This document shows positions 24,926-38,310 of a stretch of DNA of 64,000 nt, in pieces. Below the pieces are notes generated by a model. It saw only the letters and a list, made by a program, of their open reading frames with translations. It ran no database searches and was not told the origin of the DNA. Every line of letters starts with the position of its first letter. Positions within the stretch are counted from its first letter, which is position 1. Source of the DNA: Octopus bimaculoides. Lineage: Eukaryota. A program made the position numbers and the translations under genes. The stretch is from positions 33,388,232 to 33,452,231 of the forward strand of contig NC_068985.1 in NCBI RefSeq assembly GCF_001194135.2, written 5' to 3'.

Positions 24926-26845
24926 TTAATGTAATTCTCAAGTAGAATCAGAATGAGACAAGAGAAACATGACTAGACCTTCAAATTACAGGTATAGTCC
25001 ATTTGGTGGGCTTCTACACAGTTTCTGTCCATTCAACTTCATTCATATATCTTGGGTCAACTTGAGGCTATGGTAAAGTTACATTTTAGCATGGTCGTAA
25101 TTTGAGTGGAAAATAACAATACATTCAACAACTTGAATACCTCTTGTTTCATATTTCTTATTTTCTGAGCAAACATGCAAACTATATATACCATTAATTT
25201 TCAAATTGTGGTTTTCAATTATGTATGATTTAAAATAGATTTCTTACATTTGCACAGGCTAAAAATTTTGTTTTCACACCCAGTACTTGATTGGAACTTT
25301 ATTTATTGACCATGAAATGATGAAAGATAAAGCTGACCTTAGCAGATTTGAACTCAAAACATAAAAAGCCATAAATACTGCAATGCATCTTATCCAATAC
25401 CCTAACGACTCTTTCTGTAATATAACAACCAGTAATAGATTTGAAGTTATTTAATCATTATGTCACTTTCATAGGAACATTTGGTTTTGGATCCAATGAA
25501 TACAGAAATCAATATTCAAAATGGTAATTTTTCAATTACATCTGTGTTCACCATTATTTTAGTTACCTCTATTTTTAACTGGACATGGATTACAACTTTG
25601 TGGTTGATGAACGGAAATGTTTTCTAGTTATTTACATCAATAGTTAGCCTAATTTGTCTGTGCTTTTATTCACATATATTATTAGATTAATATTCAAAAT
25701 ATGTGATGTTTAGCTACTGGTTTATTAACTGTGATTTAGGTTCCTTTTCTGACACTGATGTCTTCTCTTTACCATGCAATTTTCTTTCTTTCTCTTCCTT
25801 TATGGGTGACTTTAAATTGTATTTCTTTTATTTGGTCCTGTCGTGTTAGTTTTTAGCGTATCATGTTCTCTTCCAAATTATGTCTCATATTCGTAATTGT
25901 AACTGTGTATTTACTAATGATTGACTATTACATATGTGTCAATATTAAGTTCATTCGTCTCTATATCTTACAAGTAAAGTTTATTTTTATATTATTGCAA
26001 GATGATTAGGTGAATAAAGCATTGGCTTGCCAGCTCATGTTCATGAGTCCATGCTACATTGCAGGTATCAAGTATTTTTTGGTAAATGTTATTTGCAATA
26101 AACTAACATCATATCTAAGAGGAAATTTACTTCTTGTTTACTTAGTGCTACAAAACTGTAGTTAAACCCAAGGGAACACTAGGCTTAATGAAAGGATTAA
26201 CTTTAATATTGGTTTTATTTAGATTCAGCTTTCATTAATCATGTGTTAAATGATACATTCAGCTTCCATTAATCATGTTTTAATTGACATAAGGTAACAA
26301 AATATGGTAGCTGTTGAAAGTCTTGCTCATATGTGTGCACGCATGCACACATATGATCTTCCACACAGTTTTCATCTCTCAGTTTCAATCACAAAGCATT
26401 GGTTAGCCTGAAGCTGTAGTAGAAGACAACTGAACCTGAAACCACATGGTTGCAAAGGAAACTCTTTCACAGTACAGTCTTGTCTTTTGAGAGAAAGTTT
26501 TCTTATCATCCCAGAAGGAAGAAAGACAGCTAAGTTGACCCCAGCAGGATTTGAGAGCCAGAAAAAATGTTGCGAGCAATTCTGTTTGATGTTATGAAGA
26601 CTGCCAATCCTCTTCCTTTCACTCATCAATGTCTTTGAGAAAAGTTGAAATACCCAAACTTCTAATATTGTTTTAATCAGAAAATAATGTGTAACTTCAT
26701 CTCATTAAATAAGAACAAACACTATTTCTAATTTTTAGAATACTTTTTATTTTATTATTTCTCTATTGTGATGAATATATAGCAAGGCCGATGTTGTATA
26801 TCTAGTGTGATTACTAAAACAAAAGGCATTTATGATTAGTCAGAG

Positions 26846-27275
26846 AAGGCAGTGACCTGGCAGAATCATTAGCATTACGGACAAAATGTATTTCTTATTT
26901 CTTTACTGCCCACAAGGGGCTAAACATAGAGGAGACAAACAAGGACAGACAAACCGATTAAGTCAATTACATCGACCCCCAGTGTGTAACTGGTACTTAA
27001 TTTATCGACCCCCGAAAGGATGAAAGGTAAAGTCGACCTCGGCGGAATTTGAACTCAGAATGTAATGGCAGACGAAATACCACTAAGCAGTTCACCCGGC
27101 GTGCTAACGTTTCTTTGGACACATTACATTCTGAGTTCAAATTTCACCATGGTCTACTTTGTTTTTCATCCTTCTGACATAGATAAAATAAGTACTAATC
27201 GAGCACATGAGGCAATATAATTGGCTAGCCCCCTTCTCCAAACCTTCAGGCCTTGTGCCTATAGTGGAAAAAAAA
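26846..27275. mobile_element. Nested SINEs: a young minus-strand family A variant (26896-27115) inside an older plus-strand family A copy
   Basis: The plus-strand head at 26846-26895 resumes at 27116; the inner copy retains CpGs and has a different 3' tail. Confidence 0.75.
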
Positions 27276-27559
27276 AAGATTAGTTAACAAGAGGAGGGGG
27301 AGCAGCAGAAGCAGTGGCACTCATCATCCTTGTAGCCCGGACACTGGCTAATGAGGTTGATGTTTAGTTTGAAATGTGGTGTAAAAGAGTGTAGAGAACA
27401 TAACAGCTAGTTCTGGAACACATTGGTTGAGGTAATGGAAAGTCACCCTGTTTAGTAAAGTACTATAACTGTGAGTTATTGGCTGGTTATGAACATGAGG
27501 CAGAGTGTAATTTAGGCAAGCATCATTCCAACAGTTAAATATGGTTTTATTTATACTGC

Positions 27560-27730
27560 ACTCTCTGAGTGGTTGGCATTAGGAAGGGCATCCAGCTGTA
27601 GAAACTCTGCCAAATCAGATTGGAGCCTGGTGTTGCCATCCGGTTTCACCAGTCCTCAGTCAAATCGTCCAACTCATGCTAGCATGGAAAGCAGACGTTA
27701 AACGATGATGATGATGATGATGATGATGCA
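27560..27730 (+). mobile_element. RTE-family 3' tail
   Basis: GTGGTTGGCATTAGGAAGGGCATCCAGCTGTAGAAAC...GTTAAAC(GAT)n. Confidence 0.85.
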
Positions 27731-27873
27731 CAAGTTGGTTATGAATTACAAAACTCTCCACTTAGTCAACAAGATGCATGAAACATAATGCCACATTCAT
27801 GGTAGCTGGATATAAAGGCTAGATTAAACATTATAACATATATGTACATCGCATTATTTCTGCCATCACATAG

Positions 27874-27912
27874 TGCATATCTGGATGAGCATGCAATTGT
27901 TAGAATGACTAT
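27874..27912 (+). other. Candidate 39-bp exon, phase-compatible with 22941-23028
   Basis: Acceptor TTTCTGCCATCACATAG, donor GTAAGA, frame AYLDEHAIVRMT. Confidence 0.2.
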
Positions 27913-30188
27913 GTAAGATGGAGTGTGTATATCAGACTGCACTTTGACACTTAAAACCATCTTTATTTATTGGCTTATTATGGAGGAGAACAATCTAGAA
28001 AGCTTTAGAGAAACTATCACATTAAAACCAGTCACCAATTGATTGATAATTTGGCTCCACATATGAAAGAATCAAGCAATGTCATGACTTGAAGTTCATA
28101 ATGTGGCGACTCAGGTTCGAATCTTGCTTCAGTACAAAACAATTTTATCTGAAATTAATTAACATAGAAAAACTTGGTATGATCTCATATGCAATTGTTT
28201 GATAAGCAAGAAGCAAGCGAAGTATGGATGCATGGAAAATACAAGTTGTTTGTATCCCTCTTCATGTATGAAATAGTAAACTGTTGAGCCAAGATCAGAA
28301 GTACATTCACTGCAGTGTTTCAGGTTCAATTAATTCTCATACATTGCTTTACATATTTATTCTTAAAGCCCAAACAAAATAACTCCAGGCAAACTATTCA
28401 TTGAAATGCCTGTGTGCAGATAACCGGTCACTCAATGAAGAATTAATCTAGGTGCTACAAAAGAGTTGAAACCTGAAAAAATTAGTACATTTCTAAGATA
28501 ATCGTTTAGTCTTAGAGCAATCTTAACTGCGCAAATTTAGGATCAGAAACATTCTAGCTTGGTTATCGAGTCTTTTCATTTTCTGGACTGCAATATTCAA
28601 TGTTTTCTTCCTTTTTTGGAGATGGTAATATGTTATCTGAGGGAGATTCAGCTGTTATTTCCGACCATACAGAGACCCTCGCATCAAATCTAAGGTATTA
28701 GCTTATGGGAGAAGACTCAACAGCCAACACCATAAGAAATAGTTGAGTTCAATATATAAGAAGAGTTAAATGTCTCGTTATCACTGCGTTAAATAAGTTT
28801 ACATTGTTGCTGAGTAATCTCAAGTAAACTGTTAGCAACTTCCCTTCTAAATATTTTATATGATTGCTGCAACTGAGAATGACTAACTAAAGTTAGAAGA
28901 CTATCCACTAACCATCTAGTAGACCAGATACAGTAGATCATTTTATTATGTATGTTTGAGCCCAGTTTACAATGTAGTAACTATGAAAATAAATGGAATG
29001 CAGACATTTAGAGAAATACTTTTTCACAAGAATTAACAGATGAAAGTCAGAAACCAGTAAAAAAGTAAAAGAATAATAGATTTTAGCTACGTGCATATTA
29101 AGTAATTTACAAGAAGCTTGTTTGATATAACAGCAAAATATAGAAGAAAGTAGAGCTTGAAAAACAAGCTGTAACAAGACATGATTAACATAAGAAAGAA
29201 TAATTTGTTGAATATGCTATAGGAACTTGAGAAAAAGAAGAAATGTAAGTTAATTGAGAAAATGTCTTGAATATTAGAAACATTAAACAACATATATGTA
29301 AAGATGATAAATAGTGTGTACATATAATGACTGATAAAAAAACTGCAAGTTACTATTAAAGTATCATCACAGCAGTTGAACCATAAGATAGACTTGGATT
29401 GAAACAGTTGCATCAGATCAGAGAGAGCTATATCTAACATAAGAAATATATTGTGCAGACTAAGTGTAATCACATCTGTCAAAAAAAAACTACATATAAA
29501 GTCAGTTATTAATGTTGTTGTTATGTTTTATTTCTCAGAGAAATTGTGAGAGCAGATAGCAACCTGTTGTCAAAAGTCTCACAAGGTCTCTGTCCATGAT
29601 ACTTAACACCGAAGCACCAATCTCAAAATCCTCACTGTTCCCAACAGAGCAGTATTTTTTAACATGTTCTACCCTTATGTAGCCTTTTGAGCATGTTCTA
29701 CTTTCATGTCATTTTTGAGCATGTTCTACCCTCGTACCTATGACAGCTATATTGATTGCCTTAGACCATTTTGTTGTGGCAACCATAGAATGATGACTGG
29801 GCATATGCTGCTCACTCAAATGGCACTTACTGAGCAAGAGTCCATCACCTGAAGTTCCATCTTCATTTATGCCATTGTTTGTATTAATTATTTTATCCAT
29901 TACTCTCATGCAGAGGAAAGTGGTGATAAGGTGTCATTATTATTATTGAATGAGAGAGCAGTGCATGTCATCAAAGTGACGCTGGGGTACAAACATGTAA
30001 AGCCCAATATATTCATTATGACTACTTGTCTGATAAGGGTACACCAGGGACATGCATCACAACCATATGTGCATGATACGGTAACCTCACATAAACAACA
30101 CATGATCTTGCAGGTAGGACCCAGTTAAATTTTTTTCATGTCAAATAGTCCATCTTGCTTTAAAGGTCCCTGAATAAGTGTTGTTTAA

Positions 30189-30410
30189 TCCTTTAGCATT
30201 TATCTCACTCTATCAAATGTAAAGCTTATTTATTCATATTGTTTTGAATTAATCATGCATTATCTCATAGCTTTCAGGTTTTGATGATGTGACTGTATAT
30301 TTTTAGAATGACGTTATAGGGTAGATGAGAGAGAGGCCAGATCTTGATGTTTTAAACATAAAACAGGCAGAATATTTAGGCTAGATATGGCCAATTTAAA
30401 TGCTAATGGG
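30189..30410. mobile_element. piggyBac-type MITE (TTAA TSD), second copy
   Basis: TTAA-TCCTTTAGCATT ... AATGCTAATGGG-TTAA. Confidence 0.75.
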
Positions 30411-30439
30411 TTAATGTTGAGAAATTAAACACCCATGTT

Positions 30440-30640
30440 TCCAGGGGTGAGTTATCCAAACTCCAAATTCTCCGAGTTCAAATTCTGCCAGGGTCAACTT
30501 TGCCTTTCATCCTTTTGGAATCAATAAAATAAGTACCAGTTGTGTACTGGGGTCAATGTAATCAACTATCCCCCTCCCACAAAATTTCAGGCCTTGTACT
30601 TATTGTAGAAAGGGTTATTATTATTGTTGTAGTTTTTGCT
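30440..30640 (+). mobile_element. SINE family A
   Basis: GAGTTCAAATTCTGCC.GGGTCAACTTTGCCTTTCATCCTTTTGG...AGGCCTTGT.CTTATTGTAGAAAGG followed by (TTA)n. Confidence 0.8.
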
Positions 30641-31189
30641 GTTATTATTATTGCTTTTGTTAGCAAATTGGTAGTCATTAGCACATAGGGCAGAATGTCT
30701 TGTAATATTTGATTTGGATCTCAGTGCTCTGAGTTCAAACCTTGCCAAAACCAACTTAGCCTTTGAGTTTTGGGGGTTTATAAATAAAGTAGGGTATGGA
30801 TTGGCCGAATTATTAGAGCATTGAACTGGTTGGATATGTTGCACTTTGTTCATTCTGAGATCAAATTTCTGCTTCCTGTCACTGGAAAAAAAAATGGATC
30901 TTTTGAGATCTGATGAAAATGGTGAAGGGCTCAGGTAGTCTTTAATCAGGTATCCAAGTATTCCAGCTTATCACCTTTCATAACAGTTCATCAGCTGATA
31001 ACAGAGAATGCATATTCTGAGCAATTACTTTCTCTATCCTCTTAGTCAGTAGCATGATAGACTAAATTGCTGAGATGTAGGAATGACAGATTAACTTACT
31101 AATGCTATTTAGTTACATTCCTTTGCATTCAGTTCCATGACAATATACAACCAAATACATCTTTGACAACAAATCACGCCATCAAGAAA

Positions 31190-31380
31190 TTGGGCTGATC
31201 AGTAGGATCTAATGCCCTGTGACTTCCACCTGTTCAGTCCAGTGATGGACATTCTTTGGGGACAATGATTTGAAGACACAGATGAGGTGAGGATGGGTGT
31301 GCAGAAGAGGGTATAACAGTACACAGTAGATTTTTTCGAAGAGGATTTGCAAGTTGGGTTCAATGATGGTGCAAAGGCAT
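31190..31380 (+). mobile_element. Mariner transposase C-terminal fragment
   Basis: DFHLFSPVMDILWGQ*FEDTDEVRMGVQK...DFFEEDL. Confidence 0.55.
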
Positions 31381-31975
31381 CACTTGAAAAGACCCGACAA
31401 ACCAAGTGAGACCATAGCCCATGGCCTAAGCCAGTGGTGTATGACCAGCCCAATTATGAGTATCCTTCATTCATTGGACAATAAACTTTACTTGCAAAGA
31501 CGTGTTGAGACAAGTGAAATCAAAATCGCTGACATGGCCGATGACAGTACCACCTGATTGGCACTCGTGCCAGTGGAACGTTAAAAGCACCATCCGAGTG
31601 TGATTGTTGCCAGGGTGGCTGACTGGCTTCCGTGCTGGTGGCATGTGGAAGCCACCATTTGAGTGTGATCGTTGCCAGCGTTGCCTTACTGGCACATGTG
31701 CCAGTGGCATGCGAAAAACAACATTCGAGTGTGGTCGTTGCCAGTGCCACCGGACTGGTTCCCATGCAGGTGGCATATAAAAGACACCTTTTGAGTGTGG
31801 TTGTTGCCAGTACCGCCTGTCTGGCTCTCGTGCCGATGGCACGTAAAAGCACCCACTACACTGGAGCCTGGTGCAGCCTTCTGGCTCGCCACTCCTCAGT
31901 CAAACCGTCCAACCCATGCCAACATGGAAAGCGGATGTTAAACGATGACAATGCTGCTGCTGATGATGATGATGA
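31381..31975 (+). mobile_element. RTE 3' end with five 66-bp units
   Basis: Units at about 31573, 31638, 31704, 31770 and 31836, followed by a shortened tail and (GAT)n. Confidence 0.85.
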
Positions 31976-32575
31976 GAAAGTGAAAAGGCGACCTCATTTC
32001 TGAGGTTATTTTAGTAATTAAAAAGAGTTGTTGTGCCAAAAACATAGCTTATTTGGTAGCCTTTATATATATATATATGGTCAACGTTATTTTTAAAAAT
32101 GTACCTTAATCCCCTGAGATTGCAGATATTATTTCTGAATCTCTTTGATTCTTTAGATGTGCTGGCCTCCTGATAATTAATCGATATTAATTAATATATG
32201 ATTAATTACCATATTTTATAATAATGTATATAGATAGATAGATAGATTATAAGCAGCTTTCTTTATTATAGTACAGATGTGACTAATTCAGATTAACATT
32301 AGTTTCATTATTCATACATCATCACTCTCGTAATGCAACACTGTAATTTTGGTTCAAATTAAAAGCGTGAAACTATTTTCACTTTCTAACCTGGTTGTTG
32401 TAGAGCAGTGTTTTTCAAATAACTATAGCTGGTTGTTGAGATAATGTAGAAAATATGTAAATGAAAATAAATTTTATTTGGTAGCTGAAAGATTACTGAA
32501 TCTTTTGATACCCCATAGGTGAAAATCAGCAACTCACTTTTTGAATGCATAAGGAACATACACACATATGTGCGT

Positions 32576-32619
<44 letters not shown>

Positions 32620-33184
32620 TTTTTATATGTATAGACATATAGGAAACCACAAGTGAAGAAGACTCAAACCAAACTGCACAAGAACCTACAAAACAACTCA
32701 TTCAAGCCACACCTTGACCACAAGACACCACCATGATCCTGGAAAAGTTTAGCTATGCTTTTCTTTGTCCTACATAGGTGAGAAAATATCTATTTAATCA
32801 TATTGTATATGCATAACAATCCCACAGAGAGTTCTAAATTATAGTACATAATGAAGTATTTTTCTTTAATTGTTCATAATCATATTCATATATTAAACTG
32901 TATGGAACTTTGTGTATGTGTGCATGACACTGTGTCTGTCTATGTACTATGACAGGTGCTTGTCACACTTCAGGGCATTAAGTAAATTGAAGTTGCGACA
33001 TAACTAAACCTGTTCATTTTTAAAATTACCACAAATCTAGCATTAACAATAGTCCCTAGGTGCCGAAGGTACAAATTTTGTTGATAGACATTCTCACTGT
33101 ATAACTGTTGTCATATTTCTTTCTATCTGTTTATCAAACTATCTACATATCTTTCCATCAATTTATCACTCACTCTTCCAAATT

Positions 33185-33222
33185 ACTTACCTACCTACCT
33201 ACCTACCTACCTACCTACCTAC

Positions 33223-33290
<68 letters not shown>
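33185..33290. repeat. Compound (CTAC)n(CTAT)n tetranucleotide microsatellite
   Basis: Seen directly in the sequence. Confidence 0.95.
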
Positions 33291-33291
<1 letters not shown>

Positions 33292-34281
33292 ACCTTGTCT
33301 CTGTTGTTCTCTCTCTTTCTCTGACACTATTACTCACTCCCAGTGTTACTACACCTCAGTCATTTTCTCTTTATTGCTGCTGTATTTCGTTTACTCCTTC
33401 TCTCACTCCCCGTTTTTATCTTTCGTAGATGTATGTGCACATCTCTGTGTATGAGTGCATGCAGATGTATACATACATACATACATACATACANNNNNNN
33501 NNNNNNNNNNNNNNNNNNNNNNNNNNNNNNNNNNNNNNNNNNNNNNNNNNNNNNNNNNNNNNNNNNNNNNNNNNNNNNNNNNNNNNNNNNNNNNNNNNNN
33601 NNNNNNNNNNNNNNNNNNNNNNNNNNNNNNNNNNNNNNNNNNNNNNNNNNNNNNNNNNNNNNNNNNNNNNNNNNNNNNNNNNNNNNNNNNNNNNNNNNNN
33701 NNNNNNNNNNNNNNNNNNNNNNNNNNNNNNNNNNNNNNNNNNNNNNNNNNNNNNNNNNNNNNNNNNNNNNNNNNNNNNNNNNNNNNNNNNNNNNNNNNNN
33801 NNNNNNNNNNNNNNNNNNNNNNNNNNNNNNNNNNNNNNNNNNNNNNNNNNNNNNNNNNNNNNNNNNNNNNNNNNNNNNNNNNNNNNNNNNNNNNNNNNNN
33901 NNNNNNNNNNNNNNNNNNNNNNNNNNNNNNNNNNNNNNNNNNNNNNNNNNNNNNNNNNNNNNNNNNNNNNNNNNNNNNNNNNNNNNNNNNNNNNNNNNNN
34001 NNNNNNNNNNNNNNNNNNNNNNNNNNNNNNNNNNNNNNNNNNNNNNNNNNNNNNNNNNNNNNNNNNNNNNNNNNNNNNNNNNNNNNNNNNNNNNNNNNNN
34101 NNNNNNNNNNNNNNNNNNNNNNNNNNNNNNNNNNNNNNNNNNNNNNNNNNNNNNNNNNNNNNNNNNNNNNNNNNNNNNNNNNNNNNNNNNNNNNNNNNNN
34201 NNNNNNNNNNNNNNNNNNNNNNNNNNNNNNNNNNNNNNNNNNNNNNNNNNNNNNNNNNNNNNNNNNNNNNNNNNNNNCATA

Positions 34282-35529
34282 CAGGGTGCGTAAGATATTT
34301 GAGGACAGATTTATGTTTATAAAAAAAAACAGATATATAATAACAGATAATAACTTTATTTATCAAAAAATGCTATGAGGATAAAAGAAAACCTTCTTTT
34401 CTATAATGTTATTCAATAAAGCCACCTTCAGCTTCAACAACTGCTTCTATATAAGATCTAAATCATCTACATACTGGAATCAAGTGGTCCTGGTTCATTT
34501 TGGACATTACTCTGACTATGGCAGCTTTTAAAGAATCTTTGGTGCTATGGGCATGTTCATCGACCTCTCTCTAAACAACACTCCACATGTAATAGTCCAA
34601 TTCTGGGGAATTAGGAGGCCAAATGTTAGAGGTTATGTGAACAGGAACATTTTCAACCATCCATTCCTGTGTTACTAGAGCCATGTGTGATAGTGCAGAG
34701 TCTTACTGAAACACATATGGCCTTCCATTGCATACACTATCTATCCAGGGCTTAACAATTATTTCCAGGACCTCAATGTAGGCAGCAGAGTTAACTCTAA
34801 GGCCTTGTGGAAAGACGTAAGGAGGCATCACATGTCCTTCATGGCTGACAACCCTTAAAACCATGACAGTTGCAGGAAATTTTGAATTTATAACACTTGG
34901 TACTTCAGAAAGGTCTGCACATAACCATCTGTCATTTCTTCTGTTAACATTTTGATCTTAGTCGAAGTTTTTCTCGTTTGAGAAAAACCAAGTCAAATCT
35001 TCTTCTGCTGGATTTTTCAGTTTGTTTAAGAGCCTTTTAGATCTGATGTAGTGATTTTCTTTTGCTTTTTCTGACAAATTGACCTTTCTTCATCATATAA
35101 GGCTTATATCTGATGTCTTTTTGGACAACATTTCTGACTGTTCCTTTTGACACATGGAGATCTTTTGCAATTGACCTCATGGACTTTCTGGGATTGTAAT
35201 CAATGGTTTATTGAACTTGCTGGATAAATACAGGTATTCTGATGATTTGAGAGTATTTAGAATGCTTTTTATACTTTGATACTGGTGATATGTTTCTGTC
35301 TTTAGTCTCTAGCTCCTTACAAACTTTGTAGATGAAAGATCTGGCAACTTTTAAAAATTGAGATATTTCTAAATCACTATGCTCAGCCTTTATAACCACA
35401 ATAACTTCATTTCTTGAGTAAGCTGAGGGTCTGCCATTATTATTTTCTGAAACTAAGATTATACAGAGTTAGCAAAAAATGCAGCAATGACCAAAAAAAG
35501 GTATGTCCTCAAATATCTTATGCACCCTG
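34282..35529 (-). mobile_element. Full-length (1248 bp) inactive maT/DD37D-like Tc1-mariner transposon
   Basis: 26-bp TIRs CAGGGTGC(G/A)TAAGATATTTGAGGACA at 34282-34307 and 35504-35529. Transposase relic FFSNEKNF...FPATVMVL...GHVMPPYVFPQGLRVN...FQ*DSA...WPPNSPELDYYMW...EGGFIE*, with stops and frameshifts. Confidence 0.9.
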
Positions 35530-35559
35530 CATATGTGTGTGTGTGTATATATATATATA

Positions 35560-35830
35560 TACATATATATAATCAATCCAAACAAGAACCAGTAAGAAAA
35601 AACAACAATGCGAGGACGTGGAACAAGTACTGTGTTATTGGACGCTCAGGAAAGGAAAGAAAAGAAAGAGGATTTCACATTTTGAGTGGAGCTCTTCATC
35701 AGAAATTTATAGAAGAAGTCCAAAGAAGGGAAGACGGAGAAAGAAAATCACCAATAATACACACGTGGTCACATATTGAAATGACCGGAAGGGAATGGGT
35801 GAAGAAAAAGTTCTTTCTAAGACAGGAGAT
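35560..35830 (-). mobile_element. Probable Penelope pseudo-LTR fragment with a CpG-decayed hammerhead
   Basis: Minus strand TTT-CTGATGA-AGAG-CTCCA-CTC-AAAATGTG-AAA at 35673-35705; flanked by (TA)/(TACA) repeats. Confidence 0.5.
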
Positions 35831-35835
35831 ATACA

Positions 35836-35893
<58 letters not shown>

Positions 35894-37775
35894 TTAGGGA
35901 CAAAATCCAAAATTACAGGTAAAAAACTCAATTAAAATCAATTTATAAAAAATTAAAATTAAATTGAGCCTTATACATAAAGTATATATAANNNNNNNNN
36001 NNNNNNNNNNNNNNNNNNNNNNNNNNNNNNNNNNNNNNNNNNNNNNNNNNNNNNNNNNNNNNNNNNNNNNNNNNNNNNNNNNNNNNNNNNNNNNNNNNNN
36101 NNNNNNNNNNNNNNNNNNNNNNNNNNNNNNNNNNNNNNNNNNNNNNNNNNNNNNNNNNNNNNNNNNNNNNNNNNNNNNNNNNNNNNNNNNNNNNNNNNNN
36201 NNNNNNNNNNNNNNNNNNNNNNNNNNNNNNNNNNNNNNNNNNNNNNNNNNNNNNNNNNNNNNNNNNNNNNNNNNNNNNNNNNNNNNNNNNNNNNNNNNNN
36301 NNNNNNNNNNNNNNNNNNNNNNNNNNNNNNNNNNNNNNNNNNNNNNNNNNNNNNNNNNNNNNNNNNNNNNNNNNNNNNNNNNNNNNNNNNNNNNNNNNNN
36401 NNNNNNNNNNNNNNNNNNNNNNNNNNNNNNNNNNNNNNNNNNNNNNNNNNNNNNNNNNNNNNNNNNNNNNNNNNNNNNNNNNNNNNNNNNNNNNNNNNNN
36501 NNNNNNNNNNNNNNNNNNNNNNNNNNNNNNNNNNNNNNNNNNNNNNNNNNNNNNNNNNNNNNNNNNNNNNNNNNNNNNNNNNNNNNNNNNNNNNNNNNNN
36601 NNNNNNNNNNNNNNNNNNNNNNNNNNNNNNNNNNNNNNNNNNNNNNNNNNNNNNNNNNNNNNNNNNNNNNNNNNNNNNNNNNNNNNNNNNNNNNNNNNNN
36701 NNNNNNNNNNNNNNNNNNNNNNNNNNNNNNNNNNNNNNNNNNNNNNNNNNNNNNNNNNNNNNNNNNNNNNNNNNNNNNNNNNNNNNNNNNNNNNNNNNTT
36801 AATGATATTATAAACTATAAAGATTAATAATTAATCAAATAATATTAATCAAAAATAATCGAAAATATATCAACACTATTCCAATCGAAGTTCTAATATT
36901 ATGTTGAAATGAAACTATAACTTCTAAATAATATTGTGTTAAATAAGTTATCTATTAAAATAATCTATAAAGAACCAAATGAATAGTATAAAAACAAGAA
37001 TACATATTATTTTCAAATAGTAGAAAATCTTTAGCAAAGTGAAAACAGTACTTATCCAAATTTTTCCGTAATTCAAACTGAAAAACTAAGACGTTATCTA
37101 ATAGCTATAGCGTTTATATATATATATATATATATATATTCATATGTATATATAAATGAATATGTATATATAAATGAATATGTATGTATGTATGTGTGTG
37201 TGTGCCTGCATGTGTATGCATGTGTGTATACATACATGTATGTGTGTGTGTACTCACATGTTTGTTCGTGTGTGTGTGTGGGGGGGGGGCATGTGCATGC
37301 ACACCCTGTACAGATACGCATGCTTGCATCAATATAGACATGCATGCAAAACCATATGGGCACATCCACACACTCACATATACAACTATACACTTGCACA
37401 TACTGCCCCTTCAACAACATGACCGATTTCCAGTCCACCACATGGTTGATTTCCTGTTCACCATGTGGTATTTTCCAAGTAACTGTTGTTACTAATATAC
37501 CAACATCAAGCCACAACACTGCATGACCTTCTTTGACCAATCGTATATATATATATATATNNNNNNNNNNNNNNNNNNNNNNNNNNNNNNNNNNNNNNNN
37601 NNNNNNNNNNNNNNNNNNNNNNNNNNNNNNNNNNNNNNNNNNNNNNNNNNNNNNNNNNNNNNNNNNNNNNNNNNNNNNNNNNNNNNNNNNNNNNNNNNNN
37701 NNNNNNNNNNNNNNNNNNNNNNNNNNNNNATACCTGTATATAGATATATATATATATACACACACACACCACACA

Positions 37776-37985
37776 CAAAGAGGACATGTGAAGGATTAAA
37801 AGAAATGAAGCCAGCATGTTCCCTTGGATAATGTCAGAGTGTAAATGATTCAACAGAAAAATTGGGTATATGTGGTATCAGATGTAGTGTGCAAAAGAGA
37901 AAACTGTACTGGTATGGGCATGTGATGCATATGGATGGGGACAGCTACATACAGAAGAGCCAATCTCTAATTGTGAAAGGGGTAG
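37776..37985 (+). mobile_element. RTE RT C-terminal fragment
   Basis: GAAATGAAGCCAGCATG...GATGTAGTGTGCAAAAGAGAAAACTGTACTGGTATGGGCATGTG matches 45250-45450. Confidence 0.7.
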
Positions 37986-38010
37986 AGTATTTTTTCTGGC
38001 ATGCTAACAA

Positions 38011-38310
38011 TTCTATTATGATGAACAGGAGTTACTAACACTTATTTCCCATCCATCTCCTCAGCTTAGACAACTCTTAATTTCCACAAATAACAAACAT
38101 GTCAAATTCAGATTTAATATCAGGACTTATAATAACTCAGTTTTAGCTTTCACAATACCAGATGTCACAAGCACTAAAGGATATAATCTCAATAGATTAG
38201 GGTTGTGGCTGAGTCTTGCATTGATAACCTTCACATTTAATTGTATCCACCAATCAGAAACTATAATTTATTGAACCATGCATTTATGATACAGTATATC
38301 AAAAGGATCC
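38011..38310 (+). mobile_element. Helitron RepHel N-terminal fragment, copy 1
   Basis: PSPQLRQLL...FRFNIRTYNNSVLAFT resembles the Helitron IRxYNxxLAFTS motif; about 90% identical by eye to 42221-42540. Confidence 0.55.

Noticed and set aside
30961-31000. Minus-strand CTGATGA...GAAA string (also near 24200-24245)
   Set aside because: Stems I and III do not pair in register.
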